Positions 40,788-52,850 of a stretch of 64,000 nt of DNA are shown here, one piece after another (position 1 is the stretch's first letter; every line of letters starts with the position of its first letter). Under the pieces are notes generated by a model. The model saw nothing but the letters and a program-made list of their open reading frames with translations, ran no database searches and was not told the origin of the DNA. The stretch is from Nymphaea colorata (lineage: Eukaryota). A program made the position numbers and the translations under genes. The stretch is from assembly GCF_008831285.2 (NCBI RefSeq), contig NC_045138.2, positions 14,818,001 to 14,882,000 on the forward strand, read 5' to 3'.

Positions 40788-41687
40788 ACAAGAACAACCA
40801 AGCAAAGTTAAGGAATCCACGTCCATCGTGCTCCCTGCTTCCCATTTCTTGTAAAGCAATCGAATTATTGAGGAAGAAGTTGTTGATTGGAAAGTAAACA
40901 ATTATCTGCTGGTTTTGGCTCTGTCGTCCACCACTATCGCCCAGTTGCCATTTCTTCTTTTGCTTTAGCTTTATCTGAAACGCCGGTACTTCGTATGAGT
41001 TCTCGGCTTGTTTTTATGATTTGCATCTTGTTATTCATAAGAAGATCTTCCCTTGATGGTTGAGGAGTAACAGTTTCTGTCACTTCTTGAAATTCTTGGT
41101 TCTCCGAGTTTCTGGCTGTTAGAAAAGTTAGGATCTTGGTTGAATCAATTTTTTCCTTGTCGCTTAGTTATAGACATCAACCAATTAGGTGGTAGCGATT
41201 TCAATTCCAAAGAGTTCTATGACGAGTCCTTAGTGACACAAGGAGTCAGTCTCAACATCAAGGAAACAACAACCAATTAGTATGGTTCAGGGCCTCAGGC
41301 CCTCATGGGGATCGAGAAATTAAAGACCTCAAATCTGTACTCAAGCCAAGTTAATGATTTGGATTTGGATTTGGATTCAGATTAGTCATGCCCATTTGAC
41401 TCGCTGCACATCGATTAAATGGGGATTGAGTTTGGTATAACTATTTTTCTTTTTTCTTTTTTCTTTTTTTTTTCATTAAGCAGTGGGTCGCATGCATTTT
41501 TGAACAAAATATGAACCTTCTAATATAAATAATGTTTATTTCAAATCATTTTTGTAAAAAAAAAAATTGATATTGCTATCACAATTTTGATGTTAGAAGA
41601 ATTGTTCGTTTTTTTGCTATTAAAAAACATTATTTAAATAAGAAAACAACAGCTCTGATATATGTTTCTTTCCAAATCACATTTAGC

Positions 41688-42247
41688 GCCCTGGTAAGTC
41701 TGATCATAAGCTGCATGTGGGCTGAGCCACTTTAAGGGGCCAAGCTGATTGAAGAAAGGAAGGTGATGAAGTGGAGATGATTGCTGCGGTAGGAAGTTTC
41801 CCTGGCCCGATCTGAACATTCACGTCGCACAACAGTTCCCCGGGCAACCACGTTCTACGCTCAAGAATACAATAAAAGTAGGTGAAAACTGAGAGTTCCG
41901 CGGTAGACATGCTTTGTGTTTAAGCTCATAAACAGCGTTGTTTGTTATTGTGAAAGCCAGTGCTATATTTGTTCAGATGAACATTTTGTTCTGTTACAGT
42001 TCTAATTAATGGGAGAGTATTTGTGGACTATAGACTATAGTCATGAAATCTAGGAAGTTTGCATTCATCACCTTGTTGCTTCTTTTTGAATTTGCACCGA
42101 GTCTACGTATCTCAAAATATGATTGTTGCCTTTCTGCAGCAATCTTCTCCACTTCATCACATTCCTTTCTTCAAGCAGCCTGGCTCCTTCACGAGGCTCA
42201 GGCGCTCAGCCCACATGGAGGTTAATTATGATCAGACTTACCTGGGC
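41688..42247. repeat. Imperfect inverted repeat (arms ~41688-41793 and ~42129-42247, ~335-bp spacer)
   Basis: The reverse complement of the right arm matches the left arm: GGTAAGTCTGATCATAA..CATGTGGGCTGAGC.. plus a 44-nt core GCTGATTGAAGAAAGGAAGGTGATGAAGTGGAGATGATTGCTGC with 3 mismatches. Confidence 0.85.
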
Positions 42248-42652
42248 CATTCCTGCAACCATTTTTCTCATCGAGGACGCCATGGTTAAGGCCAACGTAC
42301 CGACGAACTGATGGGGTTGGCAGCGTTTCTTCTTTGTGATAAACCACGGGTTTTTTAATTTAAACTCTCTACATTTTTACCAAGTTTTTCTGGTTATAAT
42401 ATGATCTGATGAATTTTGATTCATGTTAAAATATCATCTTCCCTACTAAACCAATCATAAGAAGAGATATGGAAAGGTCCCCAGTAAGCGAATATTAAAT
42501 CACAGATCACAAGATCAAATCAACAAAAGTTCATTAAGAAAAAAGTTATATGCATACGACAAATTACCATGTACGATCGAGTAAAGTGAACCGGAACTGG
42601 ATGTCTCACCATCATTAATCTCTTGGGAAAACTACGTTAAGATGTTTTTTCA

Positions 42653-43941
42653 TGTAAAAAATTTTAGAAATCGACATAAACATACATTATCAATATGTAG
42701 ATCTAATTTAAGAAATGTATATTTAAAACTCAGGAGTATAAACTCTTTCGGCTGATCAAGCGTGAGAAGATAGGAGAGTGCTTTAGGAACAGCAATATGA
42801 AAGGACGTGACCATAAAAAATAAGGAAAGTAAGAGACTTGAGATGCCTTTCCACTACAGAAGGCCACCTCGACCTTAAGGATTGATTGGTGTGAGGTTTG
42901 GTATTTATAGTCTCTGTTTACAACAATCTCTAAATATTTCTCATGATTTTTTTGTAATGCCTGGTCGATAATCTTTGAAGTTGATAACAATCTCATTATT
43001 ATTTTTGTTGGCATCGTTTTCACCATAGATATCATTCCCTTATGAGTCACAACATATCTTTAACAATAATAACATTCCTTTTATTGAAAAATAATGTATG
43101 ACAATGCTAGAGAATTTGGGTATGTTTTTTCAGTTTCATCCTCTATTAAACTTGAAGATGGATTTGGAAAGTCCAAGAGATATTTCAACTTTTTTTTTTG
43201 CAATAGAAGGTCGATAACTCCTTGTTGATAACAATGTCATTATTATTTTTCATTGATTTTTTTTATCTCCACATATCATTCCTTTATGGTTCACATATTG
43301 TCTTTAAAAAAAAATAACATCCATTTTGTTATGAAGATCATATTTGATAACATTAGATACTTTGGGTAATCCTTTTATTTTCATCCTCCTTCAAATTGGA
43401 TGATATATTCAGAAAGTCCAAGTTTGCCATAACTGTTTTGTGAAGATGGATTGAGTCATCACCATGTTGAAGAATCTAGCGATCTTTTGGTCATCTGGAG
43501 ACCTTCATTGAAGCATAAATCTTCTTGATTAAGTAGTGTTCATCATTGTCCATCCTTGTATTTTTCACCGTAACTTGAGCATCGCTTAAGGGTTTGGATT
43601 AATCTGCTTTGCATGCGCAATGTCGGAATCTTCCTCCTCTGATACCACATTTAAAAAATATAAAAATGATAAAAGCGTGAGATTCAACGTGGTTTGAGAT
43701 TTAATATTTATAGTCTCTTTTTATAAAAATTTCGAGATACTTCTCCTAACTTTTTTGCATTGCCAGTCAATGACCCTTTTTGTTAACAATGTCATTATTA
43801 TTTTCGTTGGCATCTTTACCTCCACAGATATCATTTCCTTATGAGCAACAATGTTATCATTAGCAATAACAACATTTCCTTTGTTGTGAAGGTCTTGTTT
43901 GATAGCGTTAGATATCTTGTGTGACGCATTTAATCCCTGCA
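42653..43941 (-). mobile_element. Decayed, internally deleted copia-like LTR element with three LTR-like units
   Basis: Met-tRNA PBS TGGTATCAGAG on the minus strand at 43637-43647. Three related ~200-bp blocks (~42900-43130, ~43180-43380, ~43705-43940) share ACAAT(C/G)TCATTATTATTTT..ATATCATT(C/T)C.TTATG..AATAACA. The minus-strand remnant IFTK...KLG..followed by GAAGGAGGATG (~43383-43460) resembles a copia RNase H end plus PPT. No TSD. Confidence 0.5.
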
Positions 43942-44096
43942 TTGGTGTTGGCTCAGTTGTTTGCCATTGGGCTAGACATCATGAGGGGGGCTTGGGTCTC
44001 AAACATGAGACACAGAGGGTGGAGATCGAGGTTGTAAACGATAAGGTTGAAAGATAACCGTTTCTAAAGAGATTCAAGAAAAGAATCATGCTTGTT

Positions 44097-44250
44097 TAAT
44101 GAAAATAAGTTTTCATTGCATTTTCTTTGTTTACTTTGGTTCTTTTATATTCTCTTTCAACCAGGGAAAGGGATAATGAAAATAAGTTTTCATTGCATTT
44201 TCTTTGTTTACTGTGGTTCTTTTATATTCTTTTTCAACCAGGGAAAGGGA
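44097..44250. repeat. 77-bp near-perfect tandem duplication
   Basis: TAATGAAAATAAGTTTTCATTGCATTTTCTTTGTTTACT..CAACCAGGGAAAGGGA at 44097 and 44174, with two substitutions. Confidence 0.9.
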
Positions 44251-44681
44251 GAGGGACAATAACCAATCCACTTAACCTCCATAATGGCACCCCAAATCCC
44301 AAGTTCAACATTCTTTAATACCATCATGATAGCACCCTTCAAGATTGGAACTAAGGACATGACTATAACATGTCACCCAACCCAACAGGTTGCACTACCC
44401 ATCACTTGGTGCGAGAGAGATTTTCAGCACATGAGTCAACAAGTTACCTCGAATCCATAGGTTCTGGCCTTCAGCTTCACCAAGCAGGAAAGGTAAGTGA
44501 AACAAGGATTTGAGGAGCAGATCTGGTGTGGGCGATCCTTTTGAGTAAACACAGTGCATGACGGTGGAGGACTTAGGACGGAGGAATCCATCAGGAGGGA
44601 GGATTAAGAAATACAAATGCTGATAGGTTGGGGCCACTTGATCCGAACCTATGGCTAGTTCTAGTCAGATTGGGTCCACGC

Positions 44682-44859
44682 CAGCAGCGGAACCAGGAAT
44701 TTTGGACTAAGGGGCATCAGTTAAAACATGCTAACACCTTAAGGGGTAGTGTTACATGTAAATGAGCAAAATTTTAAACTAGCAATATGAAAATGATGAG
44801 ATTTTGTGGGGCTGGGGTGGACAATTGCCGATACTTGCCTATATGTAGCTTTGCCACTG
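44682..44859. mobile_element. hAT-type MITE
   Basis: Termini CAGCAGCGGAACC ... GTAGCTTTGCCACTG, with a perfect 8-bp TSD GTCCACGC at 44674-44681 and 44860-44867. Confidence 0.85.
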
Positions 44860-45355
44860 GTCCACGCATTGGACTACCCAGTAGCCGGGGAATGAATTAT
44901 GGGCCGGGGGGACAAAAAGTTAAAGTTTTTACTGAAAGGCGCTACTATGTAGTAACTCAAATTTCGACCTTTCAAAAAAACTAATTAATCCTTTCAAAGA
45001 CAGTACAATACTTCCAGTACCACCGAAAACACCAATTCACTTGGGCTTATGATCAGGCAACAATAACAAATCATGTACAATTAGTTTGACCGCTATTTGA
45101 GATTAGGGTACTAAGCTCATATTCTTATTAATCTCGGATGGCTTGATCTGCCACACTTATGACGATCTCCTCAAAAAGTGCAACACTTCCAAGTAAAGTC
45201 TTCGTTAGCGGAGCATGAGGAGCATCCCACCGTTGAGCAAGAGTTGAAGCCCCGCCTTTTTTACTTTCATCCTCTCCAGGGGGGCGAAGTTAAAAAATTA
45301 TGGTTAAAGGGCATTGATAATAAAACTTTAAAATCTTTTAATTAAGGGTCACCGA

Positions 45356-45466
<111 letters not shown>

Positions 45467-47935
45467 CTGCAACATTTCGTTGGATTCGAGTTTGGTATGA
45501 AAATGAAAGATGGACGCAGCCATCATCAGTGAGGGAGATACTGAGATGGTGGTAGGCAATCTCTTTGAAGAGAGGTTGGCCAAGAAGATGATGAAGACTT
45601 TTGTTTCCTCTTAGTCGTATGAAAAGTATGGCAGCTCCAAAACCACACTCTTCGTGCAGGGACGCTGCGTGTCAATTAAATATCTGCTCAGAAAATAGGC
45701 TCAACAAAGGCACCACTGGAAGCTCCAATCGGCGGGAACGGAATAAAAGTTAAAATCACTGTATGGCGAAAGAAGCTGACGTCCTGACTACTAGCCCTCT
45801 TTCAGCCAAAAGGAGCTTATAGTTGAAGGTGCTTCGACGGCAATTCCCGTCCTCCGCGGCAAAGCAAACATCACGATATCGATGTCATTTCCTTGACGTG
45901 AAGTTATCTTCCTGCTCATGATTCCGATGATACCCAATCAGGCAATCTTCCAGACGACTGGAGACCAGTTCTAAGATATTCAATAAATCGGTTTTCATTG
46001 TCATCTCTTTGCTTTGAAATTCTTTAGTCAAAAGAGACGAAGGTGTTGAAAACTACAGCAGGGTTTGAGTCCGAACAAGGAAAATGGCGCAGACTAGGAA
46101 CACCAAAGGCCTAAATGGTTCAACTGATCATTGTCTGGATTTGGACCGACGACAAACAAAACATTACGATGAACCAGCGAATCTGCTCGGAGAGAGCCAA
46201 CTTGAACAATTGTCCATACGAATCTGCAAGATTCTAACCATGACAGGAACTCTCAAGTTCTTTCAAACTGAAGACAAGGCTTTTCCTGTAAACAGCCAGA
46301 AAGGGATAGAAATCGTTCCTAAAACCCATTGTCGCAAAAAATTTAAAACTTAATCAAATTCACCGGGCTGCCAATTCAGTGAATCGCAGATTCAGTACCT
46401 CAACTGAACCAGTTATGAATTAGGGAAAATTATTGTTATTAAAATACGAAAACTTTAAAAGTATTTAAATGTTAAAAATAAGTTGTATATGACACGCAAA
46501 GCCCTTGGCAACTTGCTTTCGATCCAAGTCCGCTTGGCCTACTCAAGTCGGTTTTCTGCAAACACTGCGGAAAACTACGGGGCTGTCAGACTTGCATAAA
46601 AATGAAAAGTTGACAACCCATAGAGATAATTGATCGGCCATTCGAAGGTCTTTCAGAAAATTCAGCAATGTGACAAAAGATGATGACATGAATTTCCCAA
46701 AACCTCCCACTTATGAGGTTTTGAATCGCCTCAAATTTATCTAAATTTTTGCACCAGTTATTTGTCACAATTCTTTAATTTTACTGGGAAGGCCAGTAAA
46801 ATTTTCCTAGTAATGTTTACCACCGCTCGAACTGTTAGTGGTAGGGCAATGAGCCTCTCAAACAATCAGTACTCTAATCTTAATTTTTTGGCTAAAATTG
46901 TGCAAACTAGATAAAGCACTGTAATCACCAACCATCACATGACACGAACACAGACACACAACACACACGAAAGAGAGAGATGCAAAACACAACATAGACA
47001 ATTGCTTTGGAATCTGAACAATGAAAGTGGAATACCCACGACATCTAAATTAGATTAGTTCATAAAGGGGCACTCAAGAAGCAGTGTGAACAATGAATTA
47101 AACAGTCAAGTCGCAGAGCAATTTTATATAGAATAAATGTACCTGTTCTGAAACATCACAAACAGCATCACTGGCCACCAGTCTGAGAAAGGTAGACCAT
47201 CTCAAGGCTGAGGCACCGGTAGTATGACTCTGGAATTCTTCTTTGGCAATAAATACACATCCACAGAACAAGTTTTAAACAGATTTGTTTGTCCGCTCGC
47301 AACCCATAAACAGTGAAAGAAACCATGCACCAGGGAAGCTGACCAAAGAATCCTTGCCCAAGAAAGCTGACCGGTGAACGAGATGCTCAAAGAACAAGAG
47401 ACCTGGAGACAATCTTTTGTAACTACCATGGGCATAAAGGCTTTTCAAAATTCTCCTTCAAACTAGTACCGAACACAAATATTTGGTTGACAGCTGATCC
47501 ATTGCAGCCAGGGGGGCAATCTCGACAATAGTGTAATGCAGGAGGGGAATAATTTGAGGTCGTTTTGAAGCAGTGGGCAACTATGCTACCTCCAGAATAT
47601 CGCAGTGACCAACCTCACCTTTCAACTATATCAAAGCAGGATAGCCACAAGAAGAATCTAATAAAGGTGATAAACCTTTGGTAATAGACACTGCCCAGGT
47701 TGCCCACAGCACAACTTTTAGAACTTTTGTTTCAAAAAAACCAATGCACGCATCAGAATAACATTTCCAATGTGATTAGAAACCCAAGCCTAAAGCATGT
47801 ATCCAAAAACACTGGAAAATGCATCAAGCCTGCAAAAACATCAACATAAATTAAAATCATTTTGATGACCAACTAAGAAAGATTGCTTCGACAAAAGTAA
47901 AATAAAAGCACAAAATTTTACCATTGCTCCTTATC

Positions 47936-48164
47936 CTATGTCACATCAGTGTGGACTGCGGGTGTGGATGCGACAATTTTCAAAACAAAAAAAAAAACTG
48001 CGGGTGCAAAGAGTTAGTTTAGTCAAGTGCATATTTAAAATGGTCATTTTTTGCCGATTTGGCTGACCGCACTGGACATGTATTGAAAAAGCACCAGCAC
48101 CAGCATCAACACGGATTATCCAACAAGGGTGTGGCAATCATTTAGGAGCAATCATGTGACATAG
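47936..48164. mobile_element. hAT-type MITE downstream of the RZ-1 gene
   Basis: Perfect 11-bp TIR CTATGTCACAT / ATGTGACATAG. Flanks TCCTTATC / TCCCTACC (6/8 match). Internal GCGGGTG and GCACCAGCACC motifs. Confidence 0.75.
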
Positions 48165-48742
48165 TCCCTACCTTGGACAATTTGATTAGAACTATGTCTG
48201 ACAAAGGCAGAGAAAGCACAGTATCCATGTCCAATGCTGCTTCTGACATTGTTTATCTGCCCCTTACTTATGTAGGACTGACTATGGGGACTGCTTAATT
48301 AATGGGGAGACTGCTAAACATCCAGTGGAATAAAAATCAAAGACCAAATGTGGAAATAATAGGATGTAGCAGCATTGTGGGTACTGACAGCAGTGATAAC
48401 ATTCAGATTTTAACGAAATATTTGTGATGCACACAAGCAAAAGAATGCACCTGAGGAAGCACCATATAATCAACCATACAAAGCAGTGCAGTTTCCTTTC
48501 CAGCCACATAACAGCAAAAAAGCATGCAAACTAGATCATCTCACACATTGGCACAAGGATAATCTGTAATTTCCAGTTATAGAAAACAAAAGTTCCTTGC
48601 AGTTGCCAGCAGCAAAAACACCATGAGTTCCACAAAGCTGCAGAAAGACAAAAAGAAAAGTATTATTTTAAAAGATCAATAGACAACCTAGTAGAAGGCA
48701 GTATCTGACATCCTACTATGAATACATACCATGTGTAAACAG

Positions 48743-49594
48743 CTAAGAACGATAGCCCCCTGCACCAGGTCGTTTATATGGGCCAGAACGATCACGACCA
48801 TAACGGTCAGTTCCATTCCCGCCACCATTACCTCCATCCCTGTTGCGCCCACCATAACGATCACCATTGCGATCAGGACCATAATGATTGCCACCTCCAC
48901 TACCCCGACCATATTCCCTGCCACTGTCATATTTGTCATCAGAAGCCCCTTCACCAGATGGACATTCCCTAGCAAAATGCCCCTGCTGACCACATTTAAA
49001 GCACCCTCCCCGGTTGTCAGGTCCCCTTCTGCCACCATAGTCACGATCGCGGCCGCGATCACGACCACCACGGTCACGATCGCGGTAAGAGCCACCATCA
49101 CGATCCCTACCAGATGGTTGAGCCTTATCAACGGTAATAGATCGACCGTCGAGACTCATGCCATCCATTGCTCGTATTGCATCTTCCATAGCCTTCTCAT
49201 CATCAAAGGTAACAAAACCAAAGCCACGAGAACGACCAGAGAACCGATCAACAACCACCTGTACCAAGAGAAACATCAAGCTATCAATGTAAACTAAAGA
49301 ACCAAACTTTAATCAACCATACTGCAATCCATCAATTGAAACTCATTGGCCAACAAGAGGACCATCCATGCACACATGCATACCATGCTCCCAAGAACAA
49401 GATGTTTTTATAGATAATAGAATAAATCACACCACTCTATGGTGATGCAATAACTAATCAGGGTGAAGAACTAAAATTACCTTTGCATCCACAAGATGGC
49501 CAAATTTTTCAAATGCTTCCTTCAAAGAGCTGTCAGATGTTGACCATGACAGGCCCCCAATGAAGCATCGAAATTCTTCTAGTGATTCAGACAT
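48743..49594 (-). CDS. RZ1: Glycine-rich RNA-binding protein RZ-1 (RRM + CCHC zinc knuckle + Gly/Arg/Asp-rich tail), RZ-1A-like, 209 aa
   Basis: Exon 49594-49481 ([40 protein letters not shown]) plus exon 49258-48743 ([53 protein letters not shown]). RNP2 CFIGGL, RNP1 RGFGFVTF. Confidence 0.95.
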
Positions 49595-49630
49595 TGTCTT
49601 AAAGTTCTCACAGTAGATCAGTTCCAGAAA

Positions 49631-50662
49631 CTACGATCAACAAAAGGCAACTCAGTATGCGAAAGTAAGTAAGATATATAAGTGGAACTATCAGCGGAAC
49701 ATCTCTTAACAAGAACCGATGTCCCACAACAGCAACATCATCAATAACAACAACGATAATAGTAACAGTTAGTACCGCCAGACATATAAACAAACACGTC
49801 ATCACAAGAGTTCATAGACAAGCATGGGAAATTGCACTCGGTACTAAATTCGCAATGAAAGAGAGCATGATCACAAGGGTCAAAAAACAAAACACTTATA
49901 TAAAGCAACTATATGGAAGAAAAAGGTTACAAGACCCAAACGACGATTACATCTCTAACCATTCCACGGCACATCAGTAATATTCGGAACGGACGGAATC
50001 GTTAATTGAATCAATCAAACATTGAAAAGGCGAAGGAAGAAAAGCTTAAAGAAGTTGAAACAAACAAGTATGTGTAGAATCCAGTGGATCAAAGAAGCTG
50101 AGGCATGCTAAAGTGTAATACCCCACAGAAGGGTGGGGACAAGACTCGAATCAATATAATTCAGAAACAAAACTAGAAAAGGTTTACACCACAACAAGCA
50201 ACGCAAAATTCATTGGCTACTAGTAATCAACAAACACAAGAAGGCAGACGCAGACGCTACAAACGAAAATTAGTTATAAACAAATAATCTGAGGTAAATA
50301 ATCAATTTCGGATGATGAATTTGACGCGTTTGGAAGGGGGTTGGAAGTTTGTGATTACTCGGATAGAACAGCGAAGAGAAAAATATATCAACCCACATGA
50401 ACAATCAAAACGATAAAAATGATTATGAAGTTGTGCGATGTAACGTGGAATGCTAAATTACAGAAAAGAAGCAACAACATGATGTGCAGCCATGGAGTCA
50501 AAAAGAAAATAATACATATCAACAGAAAGATAGCAAAATTAGGCCTCTCCGCTCCAAGATCAACAATAGCTGTCGTTTTCCCTGATTCTTTTATCCAACC
50601 GCTGGTGCCACACAGGGGAGTAGATAAACAGAGAGAAGAGAGTGAGTGAGAGAGAGAGAGAC
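49631..50662 (-). other. 5'-UTR intron of RZ-1 (non-coding first exon from 50663 to ~50740)
   Basis: Minus-strand donor CTAG|GTCTCTCTC at 50662 after a CT-rich leader, and acceptor TTTTGTTGATCGTAG| at 49631, 36 nt before the ATG. Confidence 0.6.
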
Positions 50663-52850
50663 CTAGCGGGTAGAATGGAAACGGTGGCGGGTGGAGCTCG
50701 AGAGTTGCAGAGAGAGAGAGAGAGAGAGAAGGGATCCGGTGCCCTAGCCGTCAACCTCATACCCTCTCCGCTATACATCCATTCCCTAACTTTACGAACT
50801 CAGCCCAAGCTTTACTGAAATAACGAAAACATGCTCACTTATTGAGATATTTCATTTAACCTATACATGACAAAAGCACTAATAAAAGCATGGCCTTTCA
50901 CGACCAAGACTTTAACACAGGAAAGTAAACGGATAATACTTTGAAAATTTCGGTTTTCTGAAAACCTTTTTTTTTTTTATTGAGCTTTGCAAACTAAGTT
51001 TATGATTTTGGATGACTTGTCAAAAGCCACGCTTTCACTTTTTGAAACTTGGTTTTTGTTTGGTTGGAAACTATGCCAAACTTTCGTTAATATTATCTAC
51101 AAGTACTTATTGTTGTTATTATTGTTATTTAAAAATAAAAGAGATGAAATTAACTGAAAAGTGTCATAGTGATGTTTGTCACTTTGAAAGCCACTATATA
51201 TTATATACTAGTCTAAATGATGCGAGACACATATAAAACCATCAGAAGTATTAAATGGTTAAAAGAAAAAAAAAATCACATACGTGCATTAATTTGATAA
51301 TAAAAAATAGTTTTTGATTGCACATAGCATGTTTTACAATTAAGGTTGTTGAAATTATTTATAATAACTAAAATAATGAACAGTACTTCTTTTTCCCCTC
51401 AAAACGTGGGTTCAACAAATCCGTAGGGATAAGTTTTTCCAACTACCGTTCTGTTTTATTCCTAACTCTTTTGCATTTTCTTTTTTACAACCATTTTTTC
51501 CATTTAAATTCACCCAGATACATGTGTAATTTATTTTATAAGTTGTATGGCTCATATAATCCCTTAGCCTATTTCGGATTTTTTTTTTGAAAAATTATAT
51601 TTCATTTAGTATTAAAAACATTTAAAACTATAATTAAGCCTTCAAAGTTTTTAACTCTGCCACGGTTCAGCAAATTCCTCCAACAAACATTTGATTTACG
51701 AAACGTCAAGTCAATTAATAGCATTACTAAAAAACTTATCGGGAAAGCGAAGTTCAAATTTGAACATCATTCCAAAAGTGGCGCGGGAGTCCATTACTTT
51801 TGGAAACGTGGAGCGCGCTCGGGTTTGTATCAATAGAAACATGCTACTAAAAATTAAAATTCCAACAGACGAAGGTACAATAAAGTTAGCACCAAAATAG
51901 TAAAAGGCGATTCCTTTTCCCAATATTTCCTTGTTTGCAAACCTCCATAAAGACGTAGAATTTCCAGATTTCTAATCTAGAAGGAAAGCGATGGAAAATC
52001 GATGACCATTTATTTTCAAATAAAATGCAAAAGATGGAAAATGTTACTTCTACGAAGTTTAAATGGATCGGGCTTCAACAACTTGTGATGACAAGCGGAA
52101 TCAAAATAAATATTTTCACCATAGTTTTCGTTTCCATTAAAATTTGAAATGTTATCATTTTTCAGGTAGTTTGGGACCCCCGCCGAAAGCCCTTTCAATC
52201 GGCGAACCTGCAGCGTGATCGGTCTCTGTCACCAAAGAAGGAAGGTCCAGCGTCTAAGCGGTTAGCGCAGAAGGGTGCGACGTTATGGGGCTCATACTGG
52301 CGACGGAGGTCGGCCTTAAGAGGGGCGAATGTGGGTTTCCCGTCGGAGAGGGTGAAGCTAGTATATAGCGCCGGCCTTTCTTTCGCGCTGATGGGAAGAG
52401 CGAGGGCGGCATTTGATTTTCTCTCTGTAAATAGACGTCGGAGGGGCGGAGCCTAACTTGGGAGAGGGGTGGTACTGGTGGTCAGGGCTTTCCCTCTTTC
52501 GTCGTTCTCTTTCTTCTAACTGTCTCTTCACGGGGAAGTCCGTAGAGAGTGAGTGAGATAGATAAGTTTTTTCTTGGTCTTTTGTCTTTTTCATCTTGCA
52601 TTCCTTTTTCTCTTCCTTCCCTGGTTTGAGAGTTTCTGTTCTGTTTGGGCGTTCTTGATTGTGGGTTCTTTTTGTTCCTTCTCTCGTTCTCTATTGGTTA
52701 TGAGTGTGTTTCTATACCTTCATTTTTTGAAAATCTGCCCAGCTACATTATACATCATTTTCTTATGAGAAAACTATGTACTACCCTTGCGGTTAAACAG
52801 AAACTACCACAGCCACTTCCTTCAAACGAAGCAGCGGATTGTACTTTTTC

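Noticed and set aside
48688..49297. 147-aa and 188-aa ORFs overlapping RZ-1
   Set aside because: Alternate-frame and antisense readings of the repetitive Gly/Arg/Asp-rich exon.
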